Shown here: positions 38,141 through 45,666 of the stretch, one piece after another
How positions within the stretch are numbered: the stretch's first letter is position 1
How the letters are laid out: each line of letters begins with the position of its first letter
Position numbers and translations under genes: made by a program
Notes under the pieces: generated by a model
What the model was told of the DNA's origin: nothing
Databases searched by the model: none
The model's input: the letters and a program-made list of their open reading frames with translations, nothing else
Assembly (NCBI GenBank): GCA_002069705.1
Contig: MWBV01000001.1
Span: 21,768-85,767, forward strand
Length of the DNA stretch: 64,000 bases
Reading direction: 5' to 3'
DNA from: Candidatus Diapherotrites archaeon ADurb.Bin253
GTDB taxonomy: Archaea; Nanobdellota; Nanobdellia; Pacearchaeales; GW2011-AR1

Positions 38141-38291
38141 TTTTTTAGACAAACACCCCTGCTTTTTTAAATAAAAATGTTCAAATCTTTGCTAAAAAAT
38201 TCTCTGTAAATAAAGAAAAATAAACAAGTAAAAATAGTTTTTATATCGATAAAAGCAAAACATTTTTAAACTAGATATTATAACATATAAT

Positions 38292-38927
38292 ATGTTTGGA
38301 TGGTTTTCTTGGAAAAAAGAAAGTAAAAAGATAAGAGATGATACAAAGACAGGATTTGAGTTTGTTAAAAAAGATATCTCATCTCTAACTGGCTGGATTA
38401 AACACCTTGATTCTGAAAAAAATATTCAAAAAAGAGATATAGATCAGATAAAGTATGATTTAGCGTCTATAAAAAATGAAATTGAATCTATAAAAAATGT
38501 TATTTCGATTATGAACAATTTAAAGCCGAAGCAGGTGTTTAAAACAAACAGGGGGCTGTTGGATAAACAAACACCTGTTTATGCTGTTCAAACAGGTGTT
38601 CAAACAGGTGTTCAAACACCAAATTTAGACCAATTTTCTGTTACAGAAAGAGCAATATTATGGATTCTATTAAACGCGGATATGAAGTTAGGATATGATG
38701 ATTTATCTACAATATTAGGAAAGGAAAAAAGCACTATAAGAGGGCAGATAAATGCTATTAAGTCAAAAAGTGAGGGATTGATAGAAGAGAGTATTGAGAA
38801 AAATGGTAAGAAAAGAGTGTTTATATCTGAAGAAATAAAGGAAAAAATGCTAAAAAAGTCAAAAGTGAGAGTTGGAGGATCTAAAAATATGAAGAAATAT
38901 GAGAAAAATGAAGAAAAAAACACTTAA
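38292..38927 (+). CDS. Coiled-coil protein with QTG-repeat linker and C-terminal winged-HTH domain (putative DNA-binding regulator)
   Basis: 211 aa. N-terminal coiled coil, the linker VQTGVQTGVQT encoded by gttcaaacaggtgttcaaacaggtgttcaaaca, then HTH-like FSVTERAILWILLNADMKLGYDDLSTILGKEKSTIRGQINAIKSK. Confidence 0.5.
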   Translation: MFGWFSWKKESKKIRDDTKTGFEFVKKDISSLTGWIKHLDSEKNIQKRDIDQIKYDLASIKNEIESIKNVISIMNNLKPKQVFKTNRGLLDKQTPVYAVQTGVQTGVQTPNLDQFSVTERAILWILLNADMKLGYDDLSTILGKEKSTIRGQINAIKSKSEGLIEESIEKNGKKRVFISEEIKEKMLKKSKVRVGGSKNMKKYEKNEEKNT

Positions 38928-39151
38928 AAAACCGAAAAGTGAGAGTTAGGATATTAAAAAATTAAATAAAAAAGATATAAAAGAGGCTAAAGTGAGAGAA
39001 AATTTAAATAAAAATTAAAAAAAGGAGGAAAAATAAATAATAAAAAGAGTTGAATCAAAAAAAGGAAGGCGGAAAAGCCTAAAATGAGGCTTAATTTAGG
39101 GGAAAAGGAACAGAGAAAGAGAAGATTAAAGTTATTCTCTTTACCGAATAA

Positions 39152-40012
39152 TTATAATTCTCTTAATTTAAAAATTGTTGGAAGAGTAGCTATCTTTTTA
39201 AGATTAGGAGAGATAGAAAGGCGAATTGATTTGTTGTTTATTTTAGTTTTTTCGACGGGAATTCCTTTTTTTATTAATCTCCCTATGTAATCTCTAATTG
39301 AACTTTCTGTCAAACCTAATTTTATTGAAAGGTTCTTATAATCTGTATATCCATTTTCTTCAGAAAGCTGATAAATTGTTGAAAAAACTGAAAATTCTTG
39401 GTCTGTTAATCTCTTAAATTTTAATCTAACTTCTTTCTTCAAATTATCCAAAGAATCTAGTATTTTTGTAGCATCTCCTATATAATCTTCTGATAATTTA
39501 CTTATATGTATTTCTTCTGGATTATACGAACTTTTATCTGTCTGTTGGTTTGTCTGTTGGTTTGTCTGTCTGTCTGTTGGAACCCCTCTATTTCCTGTGG
39601 AAAGTATGGTATTTTCACCCTTTAAGGCGTTATAAGGGGGTTTTTGTGTTGGATATGTTGGATAACTAAAAGTATCTGTTGGAATATTTTGTCTTTGTGC
39701 TGGATGTGCTGGATATGCTGGATTGGCCCTATGAAACATAAAACACATTGGAAAGTTGGTATTATTGGTATTGAATGGGCATGAATAGGAAATGTTATTT
39801 TGAAGGGGTTCTTTTTTTTGGGAAATTGTTTCGTTTAAAAATTCTTTTCTTAGCAAGTCTTCATTTTTTTTATTGATTGTTTTAAGAACATCACATATTT
39901 CTATTAATCTTTGACGAATTTCATTCAATTCTTCGCTTAAAGAAGATGCTTCTTTCTTGAGAATGTTTATGTCTTGCTTAACTTTAGAAAAAGCCTCTTT
40001 TACGTGTTCCAT
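39152..40012 (-). CDS. Coiled-coil protein with QTN-repeat linker and C-terminal winged-HTH domain; architectural paralog of 38292..38927
   Basis: 286 aa. N-terminal coiled coil, P/Y-rich region, RQTNQQTNQQTD linker, then HTH-like LTDQEFSVFSTIYQLSEENGYTDYKNLSIKLGLTESSIRDYIGRLIKKG. An ORB-like element is embedded at 39583..39604. Confidence 0.5.
   Translation of the reverse strand: MEHVKEAFSKVKQDINILKKEASSLSEELNEIRQRLIEICDVLKTINKKNEDLLRKEFLNETISQKKEPLQNNISYSCPFNTNNTNFPMCFMFHRANPAYPAHPAQRQNIPTDTFSYPTYPTQKPPYNALKGENTILSTGNRGVPTDRQTNQQTNQQTDKSSYNPEEIHISKLSEDYIGDATKILDSLDNLKKEVRLKFKRLTDQEFSVFSTIYQLSEENGYTDYKNLSIKLGLTESSIRDYIGRLIKKGIPVEKTKINNKSIRLSISPNLKKIATLPTIFKLREL
39583..39604 (-). promoter_or_regulatory. 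ORB-like origin recognition box (inverted copy)
   Basis: cccctctatttcctgtggaaag is the reverse complement of CTTTCCACAGGAAATAGAGGGG, matching the two copies upstream of orc1. Confidence 0.45.
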
Positions 40013-40087
40013 TTTTCTGCAAACAATCAGAACTATAAAAAGATTAAGATTAATAAAAATATATTAATTTAAAATATATTCTGTATT

Positions 40088-40354
40088 TTATTGTCTTTGT
40101 TTATATATTAGATATGCTTTCTCACTAAGTTTCCACCTGCTTCTTTTAAGATAATCTTTACCCTGAGGGTTTTTAGTTATTTCTACAACAAATCCTTTCT
40201 TTTTTAAATCCTTTAAGAGCTTTTTAACAAATTCTTCATCCCTTGCTATTTCTTTTGCTATATGGAATGTAAAAATAGGTTTAGGATTGACAATGTAAAG
40301 ATAAGCCAATATTTGCTCTGAAATTTTCTCTTTTTTTTCTTTTGAAATATACAT
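40088..40354 (-). CDS. Small winged-helix DNA-binding protein
   Basis: 88 aa. ISEQILAYLYIVNPKPIFTFHIAKEIARDEEFVKKLLKDLKKKGFVVEI is a typical wHTH layout. Confidence 0.4.
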   Translation of the reverse strand: MYISKEKKEKISEQILAYLYIVNPKPIFTFHIAKEIARDEEFVKKLLKDLKKKGFVVEITKNPQGKDYLKRSRWKLSEKAYLIYKQRQ

Positions 40355-40410
40355 TATTAGAGAAAGAAACAGATTGTTTTAAAGTTAACCTAAAAAGAAA
40401 ATAATCACTT

Positions 40411-40815
40411 TCATTTAATCTTAAAAGAAGGAAGGGGAAGATGTGGTGGAAGATTAAGCTCTTCTTCAAATTGTAATGCTTTTAGATTACATTTTCTAAA
40501 AATAGAATTAAATATAATTTCCTTGAATTTTTCTGGTATTTTCTTTTCCTCCCATTTATTTAATATTTCATCGGATTCTGAATGTGAAAGAGAAACTAAA
40601 AGATAGCCAGAAAATTTTAACAGAGCTATGTCTTGCTCGTAATTAAGTTCATATTCAAATTTTATTTTTATTGGCGATTCAGAATCAGTTAATAATGTAG
40701 AAGATGATTTTTGTATCCCTAATATATTTAATTTTGTAGAAATTTTAATATTTTTAAAAGAATCTTCTTTTCTTTCTAAATCGATTTTATAAAAACTTAT
40801 TCCTAATACCTTCAT
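40411..40815 (-). CDS. Hypothetical protein
   Basis: 134-aa ORF. No recognisable motifs. Confidence 0.3.
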   Translation of the reverse strand: MKVLGISFYKIDLERKEDSFKNIKISTKLNILGIQKSSSTLLTDSESPIKIKFEYELNYEQDIALLKFSGYLLVSLSHSESDEILNKWEEKKIPEKFKEIIFNSIFRKCNLKALQFEEELNLPPHLPLPSFKIK

Positions 40816-40893
40816 AAGATAGAAATCAAAGATTTATTTTTAAATATTTGTATTAAAGAGATTTATATAATTTAACTAAATAAATTAAATTAT

Positions 40894-41154
40894 TTAAATT
40901 AAATCTTCTTCAGAAACAATCATAAAATCACCTATAGCAATTATTGCGCTATAAGGAATTAAAAATTCCCCAGAAGAAGTTTTTTCTAAATTCAAATTTC
41001 TTGTATAAGGAGTAGCATCTCTTATTACAATCCCGATTAATTCACCAGATCTTGTTTCAAATGTAATATCTCTAACAAAACCTAGTCTTTTTCCCTCTTT
41101 TGTTACTACCATCTTTCCTACAAGAGCATTGAATGGATTTTTTTCGCTTTGCAT
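40894..41154 (-). CDS. PRC-barrel domain protein
   Basis: 86 aa. LVGKMVVTKEGKRLGFVRDITFETRSGELIGIVI is the PRC-barrel signature. Confidence 0.5.
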   Translation of the reverse strand: MQSEKNPFNALVGKMVVTKEGKRLGFVRDITFETRSGELIGIVIRDATPYTRNLNLEKTSSGEFLIPYSAIIAIGDFMIVSEEDLI

Positions 41155-41289
41155 ATGAGAGATAAAAGTAAATAATTTATAAACTTTTCTGTGAAAATGT
41201 ATAATTGTTAAAAAATCAAAAAAGAGCTAATTTCATATAAGCGAACCCTCCCTCCCCTTTATTTCTTATGGAAATATTTATAAAGAAAT

Positions 41290-41640
41290 ATTTTATATTT
41301 TTTTATTTTTATTTATTTTAAAAAAATATATATAATAAATAATATATAATGGACAATATATAATAAATGAATTGAACAAATTACACAAAATAAGTGAAAT
41401 AAATGAAATAAATAATATGTAATGAATAATAAATAATAAACGAGTTGTACAAAATAGATTAATTACATAAAATAAAATAAACAATATATGATAAATAATA
41501 AACTAATTATATAATATATAAATAAATTAAATAAATTAAATAAATAATATATAATAAACTAGTTATAGTATATATAAATAAGATAAATAAGATAAATATA
41601 CTATCAAATAAGTAAAATTTTCTTAAATATACTTAATTAT
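41290..41640. promoter_or_regulatory. Extremely AT-rich tract with AAATAAAT-type periodic repeats; putative duplex unwinding element of oriC
   Basis: ~350 bp almost devoid of G/C (aaataaattaaataaattaaataaataatatataataaa...), directly upstream of the ORB pair and orc1. Confidence 0.5.
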
Positions 41641-41646
41641 TATATA

Positions 41647-41671
41647 TTTCCACAGGAAATAGAGGCGTTCC
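41647..41671 (+). promoter_or_regulatory. ORB-like origin recognition box 1
   Basis: TTTCCACAGGAAATAGAGGCGTTCC: dyad TTTCC-ACA-GGAAA followed by a G-rich element, resembling the archaeal ORB (GTTCC-AGT-GGAAAC + GGGG). Confidence 0.55.
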
Positions 41672-41743
41672 TCTTTGTTAGTAGTTATAATCTTTTATAT
41701 AATCTTTAATTTTTTTTCATCGATAACTTAAGGAGGAATAAAG

Positions 41744-41770
41744 TTTCCACAGGAAATAGACGTGTGAGTC
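41744..41770 (+). promoter_or_regulatory. ORB-like origin recognition box 2
   Basis: GTTTCCACAGGAAATAGACGTGTGAGTC, same orientation as box 1, 20 bp upstream of the orc1 ATG. Confidence 0.55.
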
Positions 41771-41789
41771 TTAGCTTAAATTAATTAAA

Positions 41790-43004
41790 ATGAAGTTGGA
41801 TATAGATAAGATATTTGATAGCTTTGATAAAAATAATATCTTTAAAGATAAAACTATTTTGCAATCAAATTATTCTCCTAGTGAAATCCCTCATAGAGAA
41901 GAACAGATAAAGCAAATAGCTTCTATTTTAGCTCCTGTTTTAAGAGGTGAAAAAACCAGTAATCTTTTTTTATATGGAAAGACAGGAACAGGGAAAACTC
42001 TTGCAATGAGATTTGTTCAGGAAGAATTGTATAAGAGGGTTAAGAAAGATGCTGATTTTAAACTTAAAATTGAATATTTAAATTGTAAGATGAAGAAAGT
42101 TTCTGATACAGAATATCGGATTTTAGCTGAATTAGTTAAAAAAATGGGGGGAGATGTTCCTTTAACAGGTTTACCAACACAAGCAATTTATAATAAATTT
42201 ATAGAAACAATTGATTCTGAAAAGAATTTGGTTGTACTTATTTTAGATGAAATAGATCAAACTGTTAAGAAAATTTCAAGTGATTTTTTATATAGTCTTG
42301 TTAGATTAAACTCAGAATTATCTAAATCTCAAATATGTCTTGTTGGAATAAGTAATGATTTAAGATTTTTAGAAGAGTTGGACCCTAGAGTTAGAAGTTC
42401 TTTGTCTGAAGAAGAAATTCTTTTTCACCCATATAATGCACTTCAAATACAGGATATTCTTAATCAGAGAGCAGAATTGGCATTTAAAGAAGGGGTTTTA
42501 CAGGAAGGGGTTATCAATAAATGTGCTGCACTGGCAGCAAAAGAACATGGTGATGCAAGGAGAGCATTGGATTTACTAAGAGTAGCAGGAGAATTAGCAG
42601 AAAGAGATAATTCTAAGAAAATTTTATTAAAATATATAGATAATGCTAATGAAAAAATAGAAAAAGATAAAATTTTGGAAACTATTTCTTCTGAACCAAA
42701 GCAATTTCAGTTGGTTTTAGGTTCAATTATTTATCTTTTAGAACACCAAAAAAACGATTTACCTGTTTTTACAGGGGAGGTTTATGATTTTTATCAGCAA
42801 CTTTGTCTTAAAAATAGATTGGAGATTTTAACACAAAGAAGAGTTGGGGAGATTATTCAAGAATTAGATATGTTGGGTATAATTAATGTAAGAGTAATTT
42901 CAAAAGGAAGAGGAGGAAGAATGAGAGAAATAAAGATGGCAATATCTAAAGAAATTACCAACAAAGCTAAAGAAATAATAGAAAACTCTCTTAATTATGT
43001 TTAA
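41790..43004 (+). CDS. orc1: Orc1/Cdc6 replication initiator (AAA+ plus C-terminal winged helix)
   Basis: 404 aa. Walker A LFLYGKTGTGKT, Walker B VLILDEIDQ, sensor regions, C-terminal wHTH. Confidence 0.93.
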   Translation: MKLDIDKIFDSFDKNNIFKDKTILQSNYSPSEIPHREEQIKQIASILAPVLRGEKTSNLFLYGKTGTGKTLAMRFVQEELYKRVKKDADFKLKIEYLNCKMKKVSDTEYRILAELVKKMGGDVPLTGLPTQAIYNKFIETIDSEKNLVVLILDEIDQTVKKISSDFLYSLVRLNSELSKSQICLVGISNDLRFLEELDPRVRSSLSEEEILFHPYNALQIQDILNQRAELAFKEGVLQEGVINKCAALAAKEHGDARRALDLLRVAGELAERDNSKKILLKYIDNANEKIEKDKILETISSEPKQFQLVLGSIIYLLEHQKNDLPVFTGEVYDFYQQLCLKNRLEILTQRRVGEIIQELDMLGIINVRVISKGRGGRMREIKMAISKEITNKAKEIIENSLNYV

Positions 43005-43018
43005 ACTTATATTCAAAA

Positions 43019-44707
43019 ATGGATTCAAAGCAACTTTTGAAGGTTTGTTTAGAGAATGGTTTATTAGTGGATAAAGATGTTTTGAACCTTTTTAATGGAG
43101 CAAAGGATATAAATTCTGTTAAATTAATCATTGATAAACTGAAAAATTATACTCGTCAGAATATCATAACTAAAAACATCTTTTATGAACACAAAGAGAA
43201 AGTAAATGAATTTTTTTATGAATTGCCTCAAAAATCACAAAAAGAATTAGAAAATTTTAAAATTAAATTGGGTCTGAGTATAGAAATTTCAAGAGAGAAA
43301 GAATCTATAGTAGATGAAAAAAATTCCCTTTCAATTAACTCGGTCAAATCAAATTCTTCTTCTAGTTCTTTAGTTTATTCTGATTCTTCAGAATCTTCTG
43401 ATTCTTCTGGAGAGGTTTTAATTTTGTCTTCTTTTCCTGTTGTAAATAAAAAATTAGAGGTTCAGGATTTTGTGTCTTATTTTAGGAGCAGGTTTGTTGA
43501 AATGAGGGGAATTTTGCAATCAAGACCAGAATTAGATAATCCAATTTCTATAAGTAAAATATTTGGTAATAAACAGAAGATATCTATAATTGGGATTGTA
43601 TCAAAAAAGTCTTTTACTAAGAATAGAAATATTATCTTTGATGTCGAAGATACTACTGGGTTAATTAAAATAATAATAAATAAAGATAAAAAAGAGCTGT
43701 ATGAAAAAGCAGAAAATGTTGCATTGGATTCTGTTATTGGATTTAAAGGTTCAGGTAATGAAGAGAGATTTTTTGCAGATGATATAATTTATCCTGATTC
43801 TGCTCTTCCTGAAAGAAAATTTTCTTTAAATGATGAATATGCTGCATTTATTGGAGATTTACATTTTGGAAGTAAAAGATTTATGAGAGATAATTTTATT
43901 AAATTTATAAATTATTTAAATGGAGAATTAGACGAAGATAAAGAAGCAAAAAAGATAAAGTACCTCTTTTTAGTTGGCGATATTGTGACTGGTGTTGGAA
44001 ATTATCCTAATCAAGAGAAAGATTTAGAGATATTAGATTTAGAAGAACAATTTTTTGGATTAGCAGAACTTTTAAGTAAGATAAGAAAAGATGTAAAAAT
44101 AATTATTTCTCCTGGAAATCATGACGGTGTTAGACTTATGGAGCCCCAGCCTTTTTTAGATCAAAAATATTCTTGGCCATTATATGAGATGGAAAATGTT
44201 TTTATTACACCTAATCCTTGTTATGTTAATATTGGGAAAAGAGAAAATTTTTCTGGATTTAATGTTTTAACTTATCATGGTTTTTCTTATCCTTATTATG
44301 CAAATAATATCCCCTCGCTTATTCAAAAGAAAGCAATGAATTGTCCAGAAGAAATTATGAAGTATCTTCTTAAAAATCGACATCTTGCTCCAACTCATGC
44401 TTCTACACAATATTTTCCTTTAGAGAAAGATGGTCTTTTAATAAGAAATATCCCGGATATATTTGTATCTGCTCACACACATAAATGTGGAGTTACATAT
44501 TACAATAATATCTTGGTTGTTTCTGTTTCATGTTGGGAAGAAATGACTCCTTATCAAGAAAAATTTGGAAATATTCCCGATCATTGTAAAGTTCCTATTT
44601 TTAATTTAAAGACAAGAAAAGTTAAAATATTGGATTTTGAAGATAATGAACCTGTTCAAGAAAATAAATTGCCTTCTTTAGAAACAACCAATTCAAATGG
44701 AAATTAA
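43019..44707 (+). CDS. DNA polymerase II (PolD) small subunit DP1, calcineurin-like phosphoesterase/exonuclease
   Basis: 562 aa. OB-fold region, phosphoesterase motifs GDLHFGS, LVGDIV, GNHD, and a SAHTH-like motif. Confidence 0.9.
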   Translation: MDSKQLLKVCLENGLLVDKDVLNLFNGAKDINSVKLIIDKLKNYTRQNIITKNIFYEHKEKVNEFFYELPQKSQKELENFKIKLGLSIEISREKESIVDEKNSLSINSVKSNSSSSSLVYSDSSESSDSSGEVLILSSFPVVNKKLEVQDFVSYFRSRFVEMRGILQSRPELDNPISISKIFGNKQKISIIGIVSKKSFTKNRNIIFDVEDTTGLIKIIINKDKKELYEKAENVALDSVIGFKGSGNEERFFADDIIYPDSALPERKFSLNDEYAAFIGDLHFGSKRFMRDNFIKFINYLNGELDEDKEAKKIKYLFLVGDIVTGVGNYPNQEKDLEILDLEEQFFGLAELLSKIRKDVKIIISPGNHDGVRLMEPQPFLDQKYSWPLYEMENVFITPNPCYVNIGKRENFSGFNVLTYHGFSYPYYANNIPSLIQKKAMNCPEEIMKYLLKNRHLAPTHASTQYFPLEKDGLLIRNIPDIFVSAHTHKCGVTYYNNILVVSVSCWEEMTPYQEKFGNIPDHCKVPIFNLKTRKVKILDFEDNEPVQENKLPSLETTNSNGN

Positions 44708-45665
44708 GGATAGAGTTTATGGAGTTCAGAAGATAGAAGAAAATGTTATTTTAGATTTAATTAATTCTAATTCTCTTAAAAGATTAAAAGATATTTCTCA
44801 ATTAGGGATGCCTGATACTTATCTTTCTTTTCCTGGTTTTTCCAGATATGAACATTCTTTAGGCACCATGATACTTTTGAAAAAGTTAGGTGCAACATTA
44901 GAGGAACAGGTTGCAGGGTTATTACATGATATCTCCCATACTCCTTTTTCTCATGTTATAGATTGGGTTGTTGGAGATCCTACTAAAGAAGATTACCAAG
45001 ATAAAATATTTCAAGAATTTTTAGAAAAATCAGATGCATTTGATATATTGAATCAACATGGATTAAATCCTTATTTTATTTCAGATTTAAATAATTTTAA
45101 ACTTCTAGAGAGAGATGCTCCAAAACTTTGTGTAGATAGGTTAGATTATTCTTTACGTCAATTAAGGATAGAAAAAGGTAAAGAATTAACAGATAAAATA
45201 TTAAATGATTTATGTGTTTATGATAATCAAATTATGTTTAAGAATTTTAAGCCAGCGAAATTGTTTGGAGATTCATATATGGGACTTCAAAAATCTAGTT
45301 GGGCTGGAGACGAAATGCGAAGCAGGTATCATATCTTATCTGAAACTTTGAAAGAGGCTTTAAACAAAAATCTAATTGATTTTAGTTTTTTTAATGGAAC
45401 TGAAAAACCTATTTTAGAAATTTTAAATAATTCAAATAATGAATTTATCTTACTTAATTTAAGTATGTTAAAGAATGGCTTTTCTGTTATTGAAGATAAT
45501 GAAGGTATAGAATTAAAAAAGAAATTTAGATATGTTGACCCTGAAATTAAAGTTAATGGAGGTTTTGTTTGTTTAAGTGAAATTTGTAAGGATTATAAAA
45601 AAACAGTAGAATATGAAAAAGAAAGAAATAAGGAGGTTAAGAAAGTAAAAATAATTCCAGTTTAA
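44697..45665 (+). CDS. HD-domain metal-dependent phosphohydrolase
   Basis: 322 aa. YEHSLGTMILL...LLHDISHTPFSH has the H...HD...H arrangement. Overlaps DP1 by 11 nt and ends 1 nt before DP2. Confidence 0.6.
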   Translation: MEIKDRVYGVQKIEENVILDLINSNSLKRLKDISQLGMPDTYLSFPGFSRYEHSLGTMILLKKLGATLEEQVAGLLHDISHTPFSHVIDWVVGDPTKEDYQDKIFQEFLEKSDAFDILNQHGLNPYFISDLNNFKLLERDAPKLCVDRLDYSLRQLRIEKGKELTDKILNDLCVYDNQIMFKNFKPAKLFGDSYMGLQKSSWAGDEMRSRYHILSETLKEALNKNLIDFSFFNGTEKPILEILNNSNNEFILLNLSMLKNGFSVIEDNEGIELKKKFRYVDPEIKVNGGFVCLSEICKDYKKTVEYEKERNKEVKKVKIIPV

Positions 45666-45666
45666 A

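Noticed and set aside
39583-39604. Whether the ORB box inside 39152..40012 means that ORF is not a real gene.
   Set aside because: The ORF has a coherent coiled-coil plus wHTH architecture paralleling 38292..38927. A protein-binding DNA site can lie within coding sequence. I kept both annotations at moderate confidence.
36601-41789. Searched non-coding stretches for tRNA or rRNA genes as GC-rich islets, e.g. gcgaaccctccctcccc near 41243 and gcctctaggggctt near 36605.
   Set aside because: The islets are under 25 nt, too short for a tRNA and without acceptor or anticodon stem complementarity. No rRNA-like conserved blocks were seen.
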